DNA of 64,000 nt, from assembly GCA_000934665.2 (NCBI GenBank), contig KZ538062.1:1-64000 (forward strand), written 5' to 3'. Below the pieces are notes generated by a model, which was given only the letters and a program-made list of their open reading frames with translations, did not search any database and was not told the DNA's origin. Both the position numbers and the translations under genes were made by a program. Source of the DNA: Catajapyx aquilonaris. Its lineage: Eukaryota. Shown here one piece after another: positions 41,091 through 54,001 of this stretch. The first letter of the stretch is position 1. Every line of letters begins with the position of its first letter.

Positions 41091-41357
41091 TCCTTATTAA
41101 CTATGACCCCGAAAATATTGTATTGACCCAACCGGCAGGGGGGTCCTTCGAAGGTCCACCTGTTTGACCTATCGTGGGAATTGGAAAGTACCATGCAAAT
41201 ATTTTATGGAAGGAAACCCCCCCTCAACTCACACGCTTTGATGGTATCCTCCTTGTAAGGCAGCGACGCTGGCGACAGTCGATAAAACTAGCTTCGTTGT
41301 CTATTGATTCACAAGGCCCAACGACCAACTACCTTGTGCACAATAAGTGAGCCATTT

Positions 41358-41380
41358 NNNNNNNNNNNNNNNNNNNNNNN
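41358..41380. other. Assembly gap (N run) between genes K and L
   Basis: 23 consecutive N next to a poly-C run; a single N also at 39675. Confidence 0.98.
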
Positions 41381-41929
41381 CCCCCCCCCCCCCAAAAAAT
41401 ATACCCAATGAAAAGGAAAACGCATTTTTGCTAAAATTTTGCTCAATTATAGGCTGAAATGGGTGGGAATGTTTCGAAAAAAATGTGGGGATTAATTGGC
41501 AAAAACACATTGTTATTGTCGACATTGAATTTGCAAACAAGCACATGTGCAGCGTGGCACGTTAATAACAAACTTGAAATGCAAAATATTTGTCAACTTC
41601 GCAGCTCGCGTAAGGCACGTACAGCAAAAGAAATGTGCATCAATATATATTACAGGGTGTCTCGTAATAATTCGGACCTACTTTTAGGGGGAACTCCTCT
41701 CATACACCTTATGACACTTCCATCGTCTCAGGTTAATTTTTTAAAAATGATCCTGCCCAGGAGATCGCCCTAGAAGTATGTCTGCATCATTATGAGACAC
41801 CCAGTGTGTTACTACTCTGTATGACGAGGAGTCATTGGAATGCTGGCGGTATAAAGAACAATAACGACATTTCGCAACAATGCGTTTCGTGTGTTGAGAA
41901 GAAAGGTCGAAAGAATGCTTTTTTTTGTC

Positions 41930-43748
41930 TTAAATAGAGTGAAGAGATGGCTTAGGGCTGATGTCCTCAGTCTCTTTGAGTATGTGAAAGTGCGAGTAAA
42001 CCACCACGAAGAAGTAAATGTTGAAGAGGACGTCCATCGACGACGCCACCACGTCCCTCGTGCTAAATCTGACCACACAGCTCTCCACAGTGACCATTAT
42101 CACCACAAAGAAGGTCTGGAAGACTGTGGCTGCCAACCACGGTATCAGGAAGTACCTCTTGCCCTGCAGAATTACAGGATACAAATTGATGTAAAAATGG
42201 TCACTTGGTACGTGGGTCATGACCTCTCACCGTAATAGTGCCGTAGTAGAGAAAGAATATGAAGATGAACAGCAAGATGTTGATGGCCATCACCACACTG
42301 TACAGGCCTGCAAATGGCAGAGGTTAGCAAGGGACTACTTACATGTTAGAGAGGGGCTTTATTGGATTGCGTCATGGAAGAGTCGTGGGAAAAGGTTAGA
42401 TACGATAGGGGTATGCAACCAACAGAGCATTAACCTCTTGAGAGGCGGAGGGAGTTTCTTTTTGTATACTGAAATCCCGGTGGTACCCGCGGAAAAACCA
42501 ATAATCATTTTTAATGTATCAAATTTTTGCAACATTTCAGCTTCATACTGACATTACGGTTATTTACGTATTGTTTACACTTTTTTTTAAATAGAAATCA
42601 CTTCAGGATAAGACAAGAAGCAGGCTTGCCGGCTTTAGGTCCAATTAAAAGACTCTTTTTAGAAGGCTGTCTGCCAAAAATAATGCCCTCTTAGTGAAAG
42701 GGGGGAGCTATAGGAACAGAAAATTGGCTGAGACACGACAGGAGCAATGATAGGCTCAGACCGTGACATACCTATATTCTCTACCAGGTTATTTTCGATC
42801 GGGGATCACTATTATGAGGCTCTATTACTGGTTAAATGTGCGGGTAAGGAAAGGGTTAACTCAGGTTAAATCTATGAGTACTGAGTTACCGCCTGCACCG
42901 GTACCTTTTTTAAAAAACGTCAGTGTACTTGTGTGCGGTTTATCCTAAATGTTAATTGGTGTTGTAGCCAATGTTTTTAATTATACATATACAATACGAC
43001 GTATACCACAAAATGTGAATTTCCACAGGGAAATTACTGCATGAATGTGCCCTACTCATTTGCACAAATTCGGATAATTGCTCACATAAATATTCCACAA
43101 TTTGTTACAAACCCATAAATCATGCATAATTCGACGTAATCATTCCGAAATTGCCCAAAATTCCCATGTGTCCTTCATAATTCATCGTGAATCAATGAAT
43201 AATCATAATAAATTCTGTGTACACCTAATCAAGATATTGCTTCCGCCCCTGCCGTGAGAAAGGACAAACCCAACAGTGCCCAAATGCAATGTTAATGTGC
43301 CAATAGTGTGTACAGTATAATATACACAACAAGCAACTACCTCACCTGTATTTTCCTCCAACTTGGACAGACCCTTGTCCGGCTGGTACAATACGATGGC
43401 AACCAGAAGGCTGCCGATCACCTGTGAAAAAAAGGCACCGCACCTAACAACACCTTCGTAAGCATTTACACAAGTGAAAATGATTTGATTATGAGTGGAA
43501 GGGTTGCATTGTGAATAATTTGGCTTCTTAGGGCATGTTACATGTTTTGTATGAAAGCCAATGAGATTTTGAACACCTGTATGATTTTTTTTTTCTTCAT
43601 AATTTTCTTTCGCACTGGTTTTAAGTTGTCGTGTCACTTTGCTGTTAATTGCATAAACCGTGCAACTCACAAGTTCAAATGCACCAATGATGATGCATCC
43701 AGCCCTGGTGGAGCAACAGCAGCACTTGGTGGTGAGGATGTGTGTCAT
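41930..43748 (-). CDS. Array gene L: ~154 aa four-TM LAPTM4/DUF4728-like protein
   Basis: Exons 43748-43671 (MTHILTTKCCCCSTRAGCIIIGAFEL), 43421-43346, 42307-42231 (..FFLYYGTIT), 42163-41930 (GKRYFLIPWL...FFVVVYSHF). Confidence 0.9.
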
Positions 43749-45757
43749 GATGTCCTGTGATGATGCTTCAGGATGGTGGTGCAACAAACAGGAGCGTGTC
43801 CAGTATCGGACTGCATGTGGCCAGGACGAAACACGCTGCTTTTTGGTCTTGGGTCGGTGGGTCTGGCGCAGACGTAGTTAGACTCCACTACTAGTCTACT
43901 ACACTACTAATCGAGGGGGCTTTTGCTTGGCCGACGCGGCGACGCCTCAAGACAAGACTGGGCTGCATTGCGGGAGTGAAGGGGGTGGGGGGGGGGGGTG
44001 GAACCGACGGCACACTTAACGGGTTACTGCCAAAATATAACGCATGTATAGTTGCCAAGTTGGGTTGCCTGATGGGTAGGATGCGGACACCATGCGGTAC
44101 AATGGACGTGGGCGAACCACTTGTTGGAACGGGTTACAGTCTGGTGATGTAACAGGATGTCTCTGCAGGTGTCATCGAAATGGTGAGAAAATGCCCCTAG
44201 ACACATCGCACATGATGTCAACACGGACCTACTTTCAGACTCAAACATAAAATTCTGAATAAAATATTGGTATAGCACAGTGCACCAATTACTGTTTGAT
44301 TAACTGCCTTCGATAATAGCCAATTATTGCTTGGATCATATAAGGATGGCCATAAAAATGTTATGACCCGTCAGTAAAAGTGATTTCGGACTAGTGTCAT
44401 ATAGAAGACCAGAAGCCAATAGCTTCGCATAAAACTCATCAACTTATATTCGTGTATGTCTAATCACGACTTTCTTATTTGGGCAATGTCACGGGGTTAT
44501 TTCAAACCAATTTTCTGGGAAAAGGTCAGTGTCAAGCTTGATTCTGAGAAGGCGAGTCCACCTTCCTTTATGATACAATGCTTGCAAAAACGCAGATCGT
44601 ATTTTAGACATGTATGATAACAACGGTGGACTGCGTGATCGTTACTTTTTATAGTTACACCGGATGTCATGGTATATACTAGTGGTTTTAGACCCTTCGA
44701 TGCATGTTTCTAGCAGCAAATTTAGGGCCAAAGGAACTGCTCATTTATTATGAAGTGCAATTCTAAAGGGGTGTTGTCAGTCATATCACCGAGTTTACCT
44801 AAAGTTGAGGAAGTGTAATCGATAAGAGAGTTTGCCAAAACTGACATCGTATCTGACATCAGAGAGGTTTCTTGTAAACGTATACTAGGCTGACATACAC
44901 GCCTAAATTACTATGAAGCATGATATGTTAATACTGTCTGTGATTTTATTGATCTTGTACTATAACCAGAAAAGCATGAAAATATTATTGGATTGTTACT
45001 GACATACTTTCTTAGAATGAAACTTCACTTTCTATACATTTTCCCCACTTCATTTTATTAGCTTTGTTACAGTGCAACCCCAACATGGTAATTACATTAG
45101 GCGTTTGCCACAGTATTACGTGCATCCGAACGAAAGCTTTTCGACTTTTCTACTTGCACTCCGGTAGCTTAAGTGTTTCCTATGCAGGTGGAATCAAAGT
45201 GTTGGTCATGCTCTAGGGGCCTTTCATAAATAATGTAGTGTTTGCAGATTTCTACAGTTCAGCTAGCCGGATAGCCATTACTCTATTGCCTTGGCTCCTT
45301 CCCAATCAAACCACCCACGGTGTCTGCTCACGCATAATTATTTGTATGAGACCCCTAGATTTCAATACTCACTTCAATTTCAAGATTATCGTTACCGAGG
45401 TAGGATATCAGTGAAATGATTGTTGCTTATTGCTTCACAACACATTAATTCAAAGCAAGCTAAGTGAAAAAAAGGAATCTCACTGAAAACTCAAAAGCAC
45501 AAAAATATTAATAGGTGAATGACGGGCAAATGAAAATGGTGCAGTGTGAATAACATATCAATGGTAAATATCTGCATTTCTTGCGACATTGTTATTCCCC
45601 AATAGAAGTTATTTTATTAACGCTGCACCCTCTTTCTTTGCCAATCCAAAAAAATCATGCACCCTGTAATATTGTTACACGTTTATAGTTTTCAGTGCAG
45701 ATGCAAAAAAAAAGCTGGCTGCCGGTGTGCCCAGGAATGACTATAAATGTGTAGAAT

Positions 45758-47225
45758 TTAAAACTTAGTTGGATGAGGATTAGGGAGAGTCTTTTCTCCA
45801 GTTTGATTAGGCTTCTTCTGATATGGCACGTCGATCTGAATCCCATACAGATCAATGTTCGGGAAGATCTGATTGTTGTTCTTGTTGAGGAGGGGATTGG
45901 CAGCTGCGTTGGGGTTGTTTCGGTTGATTACGTTCTTCCTGTTGAAGGCAGTGATTCTGTTGTGAGCGGCCAGCAGGAGTGCTCGCTGGTGACGTCTGCG
46001 GGTCTCACGGGTCACCAGAGCAGTGAAGTGCGAGAAGACGATCAGGAAGAAGTACAACTCCAGGAAGAGGTCGATGGTGGCGATGTTGACCCCTGCGATG
46101 CGGTACACGTGCATCCTCTTCAGGATGTTGCTCATGATCAAGGCGCTCATGTTAGCGAAGATGGCGTAGAGCCAAGGCAGCATGAAGTATCGGTTCTCCT
46201 GTAATATGAGAAACTCATTATTTACTCATTAAACTGAGCTATTGTTAATACGTATGCTCCCAGTACTTTTGCACTCTGGATGTTGCAACTTGATAAGGAG
46301 AAGTCGACAACACAGTACATCAAAAATATGCGCATTGAATTCACAGGAACAGATAACAATAGGCATTTCTCTTCTTCGGAGGAACAACAACAAGACAGTT
46401 GCATAACGGGCATTCCAGTCTGCGTGTTTTGGCTATTCAAGATGGCGAATGTGCCACGCATACTTTCTCAATCTGCCGGCATCTGCTCCTATCACTAACC
46501 CTCAAAATGGCTTCCTATACATGTTGGTGGCTTCACAGAACTACTTGATTTACCCTGATATTCCAGACAGATTATTAAATTTGCTAAAATTGCTGCACTG
46601 TGCATTCACCCCGAAGTGAGTCATGACATTATGACCGCGCCTGCATAAAAACAGGTCAAAGTGCGCGTCCATTTACGAGCGTTGCTGGTTGTCACAATTA
46701 CCGAACGTATCGAGTGACAATACTATCTCGAAACATGAGCTGTCTGCACACGTACCAAGCAAAAGACAAGATTTAATTACTGAAATGACCTTTAAAATTC
46801 GCAACGTCCACGTCTAATTCACTAATCAAGGAGGTAGTCCATAGGGAATAGTCAGGAAGGTCAACTGTCACAATACTTACCTTAATGGCACCACAGATCA
46901 GCATCAGACAAGCCAAGATGTAAGCCGAGTGGGCAGTAACCATCACCAGAGTCAAATCTGAATCAGAACCAAAAATAAGTCCAATTGACCCACCCTATCA
47001 TAACCCGAACTATTTTGTAGTAATTACCATGACTTTCGTAATGAAAGACCTGGTTTGGAGAGGCACAGAAGAGGACCTTGATGTACAGGGTACACAGAGC
47101 CTAAGGAGAAACACTCGTCACTTCTTGCACTGTCGTCGATTGAAGATACTCACAATTTCGATGAGCCCGACGAGGACGCAACCGATGCGGGTTGACATGC
47201 CGAAGTTCAAACCAGGAGAAGGCAT
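45758..47225 (-). CDS. Array gene M: ~220 aa four-TM protein with basic/Asn-rich C-terminal extension
   Basis: Exons 47225-47154 (MPSPGLNFGMSTRIGCVLVGLIEI), 47100-47028, 46957-46881 (..LACLMLICGAIK), 46198-45758 (ENRYFMLPWL...FFLIVFSHF...). Confidence 0.88.
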
Positions 47226-48292
47226 ATTGGCACTGGCGTAGCACAGAGAAGAAGCACTGGATGATGCGACTCTGGAGGCGACAACAGGGACAATGGACGC
47301 CGAGTTGGAAGGAAGTGGGGAGGAAATGGGGGGGGGAAGGAGGAACACTTTGCCACGTATCGCATTTGCATGGTCTTGTAAGTAATGCGAGATGATTAGC
47401 TGCAGATGCAAACACTGGATTCTTATAGCTTGTCCAGGACGCGATGTTATTTCCAGGGATAGCACATTGCAATGTTGTTTTGCAAAATTCCAGAAAATTT
47501 GTGCATAACTAAGTATAAATTTTTGCAGCAGGACTTGTACATTCTGGCAGCACTTTTGGAAGGCAGTGTATTTACTAAAATACAAGCATCTTGAAACTAC
47601 CATCTGGTGGAAACAATTTGTGACCATTACACCGTGGCAGTTACAGATGGGGTCAAAGCAATGATTGGAATTTAGTTGTTTATAAAAAGTACATTTAATG
47701 CTCATAAGAGGTTAAATAATTTTTGATTCAATTATCTGATGTTGATGCATTTGAGGAAATTGGCCAAACTTATTTCTGCTCGATGCTTAGTGGTGATCTC
47801 TTGCGTAATATGCTTGAAACAGTACCTACGAGTATACGGTAGTGTGTTTTCTTCGTCAGACAAAGGGTTAAATTATGCTTCCTACATGATAACGGTTTTA
47901 TTACAAAAGGGACATGCAGGTACATGCTTTTGATATTCAACATCATATATACAGTACATTAAAAATAATGCTTATTTGGCAAGTTATTAGAGCAGACCCA
48001 TGTGCAACATTTAAATCACTTCATCAGTCCATGACACTCAACTGTACATATATATATTTTTAAACTATTGAAACATGCACCTGTTATATTCACTTACGTA
48101 AATGTTGAAATTCTACAAGCCTGTTAACTTGTTAAATGCTTGCATAATTAGTGCATGACCAGAGCAGTATTAGGCACAGTATGTGTGTCTACAGCGATAT
48201 GATTTTCACAGTTTCCGTTATTGCTAGCCTGCCATGCATAATACTATACATAGTCCATTATTGTTGACAATCACTCTTATCTAGACTTCCAG

Positions 48293-49258
48293 TCAGACAT
48301 GATGAGTTGACTCTAACGGGTGATGTGATGAAACTTGCATGGCTTTGAGTATGTAGTAATGAGAATAGACAACCACAAATGAATAGACGAAGAGATGAAG
48401 GAAGGCCACATTAAGACACATAGAGAGCCAACGTGACTCCCTAATGCTCATAATGAATGCCACGCCTGAAAAGATGATGCTCAGGATGGTGAAGAGCAGC
48501 CATGGCAACAACCAGGGTTCTTTGCTCTGAAACGCAAGTTGAAAATTCATTGTTTATCATAGAAATGTGCGAAATTTTACATTAATGTTTCACTTACTTT
48601 GATAGCTCCATATATGAGAAGGAAGCAGGTTGCAGCGTAGACGGCATACCAGCTAATGGTAAAGTACTTCACACCTGGAGGCAGAAATCATAATAAGTTT
48701 TTTTTTCCAATAGTAAAATAGGCTGTATGGTTACACCACTATATCGCTATCTTGCCTAACGAGGTGTCCCCATATTCTTCTTGATGGTGGAGCCTGTAAC
48801 TCAGGAGAGCTGTTGAGACAATGTTGCTGACCTGCAAGAAAAATAGGCTATTGATTCGGAACAGACTGTCTCGGAAGTTCAAACAGCACAAAATTATGAC
48901 CAAAAAAGTGGGTCAAAATCGTTGCTTTTTATGGGCTATCCAAAAGACAAGCAGCTGAAGATGGAGCTGAAGTGTATGTAGGCTACAAGGTTTATGGTCA
49001 AACTTGGCTGTGCACACACCGCAGTATAGTCTATACTCTATAGGTTCATGAATAATGGACATTGCGCATCAGTTTTTTTTGCGATTTCTTACTAAAAATT
49101 AATTGCAGATTTACATGTAGATATTTCATGACAGTATTTCAGGCGGGAGGAGTACTTACGATTCCCAAGACGCCCACAACAATGCATCCTATTCTAGTCG
49201 AGACACAAAAGCAGCAGGAAGTTGTGATGATCCTCCCCATCCTTGTCTTTTTCACCAT
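48293..49258 (-). CDS. Array gene N: ~161 aa four-TM LAPTM4/DUF4728-like protein
   Basis: Exons 49258-49160 (..TTSCCFCVSTRIGCIVVGVLGI), 48831-48756 (GC donor), 48674-48598 (..ATCFLLIYGAIK), 48526-48293 (SKEPWLLPWL...FVVVYSHY). Confidence 0.87.
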
Positions 49259-51024
49259 TTGATGCGCAAGTGCCTGCTACGTGCATGCCGACAAAACAGG
49301 TCTGCTATACCTTCAGGGTAGGTTTTTCCAAAAAAAGAATCAGGCGTATCCAAATGATACAAGCTCAAGGCGGCTTCGTCTTTGTTAAAACAGGTAGGAT
49401 TCCTATTACATTAAAAATAGAGCTTATATAATTTCATGGCACAGCAAATCTATTCTAATAGCTAAATACGCAGAACTTTACGCAATTCTTTTCATGAAAA
49501 TTTTCATATTGGTCTATTTGTAACTGGAATAAATCATGCTGGAAAATTCGAGTAAATTCCTTTATATAGATATGATGTGGCTTATATTCAATTTTTCTGC
49601 ATAAGTACGGCATATTTAGTTTGAAGGCAGCGTGAATTTTGGAGAATAAACCTTATGACGACACATTTATCTTATCATGTTTTACAGCCTGCCAGTCACC
49701 TAGATGTGCGATAATCACTTTGATTGAAATACTCTTGTTTGCATTAGTTTTAACAGGGCGTATCTCGATGAAATTCGGTTATGATACGAGGGGGACAGGG
49801 GCAACCTGTACTCCGCTGGCTACCCCTCTATGGGATTATTTTGCCGTGAAGTAAATGATGATGATGATGATAAAACCTTGGCTTGAACAAGTGTTCAACT
49901 GTATAACTTCCTGGATGTTTAAGTTCAAGGACGGTTTGTCTCAGCATTGTTTCCGCCCAAAATGGACCGATTATTTTAAACTAATATGTGGCATGTGACC
50001 AATGAAACACGCAATATCATGGTGCCCCTTTCTCGGTCTGATAATAATAATAATTTTCTGCTATTTACAATTAAATATATGCTCAAATGTTTAAATGTTC
50101 GTGTAGCCTACGTGCAATACCGGTATAACGTGTACTTTATTGCACCTGCCCTTCTTCAAATACTGCAGACGCCTCGTAACATCAAACAAGTTGATATGCT
50201 ATCTGAATTATTTGCTAATCAGTAAGCTTAATCGCATTAGATTCGTGTTGAAATTTGTGTCGAAATTACCTCTATGCACCTGTACCTCAATACAGTTTAC
50301 TTCAATTACATCCCATAAAGGGGTCTCACATTTTAGTGAATTACTGCACTGACTCAGTAAAAAAAATTAAAAACCTTGTGAGGTCACCACTGGCATAATT
50401 TCTTGTAGCACTGTTGTGCAAAATTATGTTCAGTAGTACTTGGTAGTACTATGCACACAAATGGGCAATCTCAAGACGCTCTCTAGAGTCTAGACAAAAT
50501 CAAAGTTGTAGTGGGCGTGATAAGGAAGAAGGCGCCACATCATTGTGTGTTCAGCAGGGTGTACTTGAATATTTTTGGGGACGGTAAACTCGTTGTTATA
50601 GTATAGACATTCATTTTCTAATCAGGTGTTATATCGAGCCTTCCCAGAATGATCATAGACCACCAATCACACAAAAAGTTTTCCTATACGTAGTAAAAAG
50701 CACCCTGCACATTTGTCCTCACGATAAAATTGGTGCAGCAGGACATCTCGAGTGCAAGTTAACTTTGTAGTTTTCATACGTTATCTGCTAGGTACTGCAT
50801 GACAACGTGTCACTGTTTATCCTGTGCTTATATAATTCGCAAGGTGATCCATCTGCTCTCCTGATGACCTTACTCTTGGACAGGACTTAATTGATGGGGG
50901 TAATATATAGAGAGAAAAGGCAGTGGTGTGTTTTTACTTATTATTGTACCATTAAATATACATGTAACAAATACTGACTTATACAAGTAAAAAAGGAGAA
51001 GTGGTTGACAAAAATGGATTTTTT

Positions 51025-52156
51025 TTACACTTTGGGGTAGGCTGGTGGGCCACCTCCTGGCGATTGGATGGAACCGGGGCTTCCCTTCAACTCTATGTAA
51101 TAGGAGTAGACCACAATCACAAAGTAGATGCTGAGTGCTAACTCGCAAAGGTACAGCCCGAATGCTGGCCAGAAGAGAACGACGCCCATTGCAATGATAT
51201 TGATGAAGGAAAACACGATTCCGATGCACTGGACAACCATCCATGGCACCATGAATCCAGGTCGACCCTGACAAAAAAAAATTAGTATTTCAAGAGAGGA
51301 ACAATAATGTATATAACAATATTAATTCAATGAATTATTCACTCCAGAAACAATAATTATTGTTTCTAGAGTGAACAATCCATAACTTCTTCATTGAATT
51401 GGGGAATTGGGCAGTGTATCACCCTTTATATTAAACCATGCCTGACTAAATTGCGAACGAAATATGTCCCTATTTATTCCACGTCTCAATTATACTCTTT
51501 CATGTTCTAAGAGCCCAAGTCACATGTTTTGTCAGTGGCACTTGGGGAATATGCAAAATTCAAGAGTGTTCTTACCTGGTTGATCCCTGCAATCAGAAAA
51601 GAGCAGACTACAATGTATCCGACGTAGAGCAGAAGTCCAATAATGAACATTGCCAGGATCACTACGGGGCAGGAATGACAAAAGTGTTAGTTTATATTAC
51701 AACTGGCAGTGGGCATAATTACCTTACCGTTTAATGTGGTTTCAACTGCAGCTTCCCCAGCGGGAGTAGAAAAGTTGGGGTCTGATGAAGCATGATGGTA
51801 AGCGTCATCTATTATGGAAAATTCTGCCAGTATGATGACAAGGGTTATGGTGGCAAGGATGGACATCACCTGTAAGTGATAGTATAATTAAATATAATAT
51901 ACACTGTAAAATATAATAATAAATGCAGTAGGTCTATATGGCAACTTAGTCTTCCTAAGGGGTTAACGCGTTAACCAAAAGTTAACTTGACACGTCTAAT
52001 TTCGATTGTTATTAATTGCCGACAATTATTGGATCCAGGTCAGGTCATTATTACACGATCGACCCTTGAATTACTACTGACCAGGTAAAATATGGCAATG
52101 GCTTTGCTGCCACTCTTCAAGTCGCAGCAGCCGCAGCAACCGTTGACGGTCAACAT
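51025..52156 (-). CDS. Array gene O: ~181 aa four-TM protein, most canonical LAPTM4/DUF4728-like member, ends PPAYPKV
   Basis: Exons 52156-52082 (MLTVNGCCGCCDLKSGSKAIAIFYL), 51869-51728, 51661-51576 (..CSFLIAGINQ), 51267-51025 (GRPGFMVPWMVV...YFVIVVYSYYIEL...GGGPPAYPKV*); phases 0,1,0. Confidence 0.92.
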
Positions 52157-54001
52157 CGTGGTGGAGGTTAACGACGAATGTGAGACGACGACGAAGGTAG
52201 GACGAAGGTTCAGGTGAGAATGGCCTTGTTCCTGTGGCGTCCTGCGGGATTATAACAGGTGGTCGCCCACCTGTCCATGACGTCAAAGATAGGAAAGGCG
52301 ACATCTTCAGATCATTGCTGTTATCTCAATAGTGTCGTAATCGCAATAAACGTCCTCATGGTTGCAGCGGAAACTGTTGCGCAATTGAAGAAGAATGTGT
52401 CATGTCGGAGATTTGAACTTATAGGGGCCATGAAATTATTTTTATCTGTAACGATAAGTGGAAAATCCTGAAGATCGGACTGATTTGGAATGGCAGAAAA
52501 GTGTTCAAAAGTGGGACAAAATTTTTACTACCTGTTCTACGTTTACGATATAAGATAAAGCAGAATTTTTTTCAGTGTGCTGTACTACATCTTCGACGGC
52601 ATCATGTACAAGATAATGAACGAGCGGGGAATACCCTGACAATTCAAGATTGTTTCCTGGCTCACATACGGCACGTATAAGTCACGTAAGCCTGTGTCAA
52701 AAGTTCAGGCATAATACTGTACCATATTTTAGGAGCCAAGATATTTAAAGTATTGTGCCAAATGTCTTGAAACATTGTAAAACATCCACTCAGAAAATAT
52801 GTCGTCATTACTCAAATGCAGTGATTTTTATGGGAAAACCCTGAGACTTCAACGAACTAAAGACTGAAACAGACTGCAGAATGAAACAAGGATAACAAGA
52901 AAAGGTTGTGCGAATGAGCCTTGAGCTAATAATATGGCCTTTATGTAACAGGTGTAACGCGACTAATGTGCATGAAGCACAAACTCACAATCAATTAGTT
53001 ATTCACTGTATGCTGGCATTATTATCCGCTCCATAAGAACATGCCTCCTGTATTTACTTCATATTATAAGAAATAAAATAATTGTTCCCCCCTATTTCCT
53101 TTTCCCCTGCCTTTATCTATGGTTCCGTCGACCTTCCTGCGTCTTCCTGAGATAACTTGTTATCCTCAGATCACTTTTTTCTCAGCCCAATGAATCAACA
53201 CGTACCTTTGCCCTGTATAGCGCCTGGTAGGTGTACCGGTACTTGTTGTAAAGTTATCGCGATAATAATATAAAGCATTTAGGCCTACTCATGATATTTC
53301 ATGATAGCAATATGACGAGATCGGTGCCACTGGAATGTAGGAATCATCTGTGGTAGGAATGTTGAACAGTAGCCTACAATGTTACAGAACAAACATAAAC
53401 TTGCGATTAGAGTTAACATACTTAACTGTACTACGACAAATTGTTGTGTTATTCTAAAAACACATATTTAACTACAAAAAAGTCACACAAAACAGGAACT
53501 TGTCAAAAAAATATTTATTTTCACGGTACAAATAAAAAGATACTATTACGGAGCTTGTCTCATGATCGTAATGATATTCCTCCGTCCTTCATGTCCATTG
53601 TTAAACAAAGATTGAAATGAAATTATCTCCATAATTAAACCGAAATTTCTGTAATCAAAGAAACTGACGCCATAATTTTGAAAGGGATCTGAAACAAGAG
53701 GGACTGAATAATAAAAATAGGATTTCACATCATGCAATTAAAGAATGTTTAATACACTTTTACATTTTGTCATGGCTGACTGCTTAGTAATTAACTTTCA
53801 CGGCCCATATTTCATCAGTGTAACAACAATCACTGAACTACAATACAGCAAAACCTCAAAATAGTGCACTAAAAGGCGAAACCATGGATTTTTTTTGTTT
53901 ATATTATTGACGATCTCATTTTATTTGACTTTGTGAATTCTACAGGACGTCACTGTAATCCTTCGGCTATTTCAAAATTCTGTGCCCCAAAAAATACAAA
54001 C

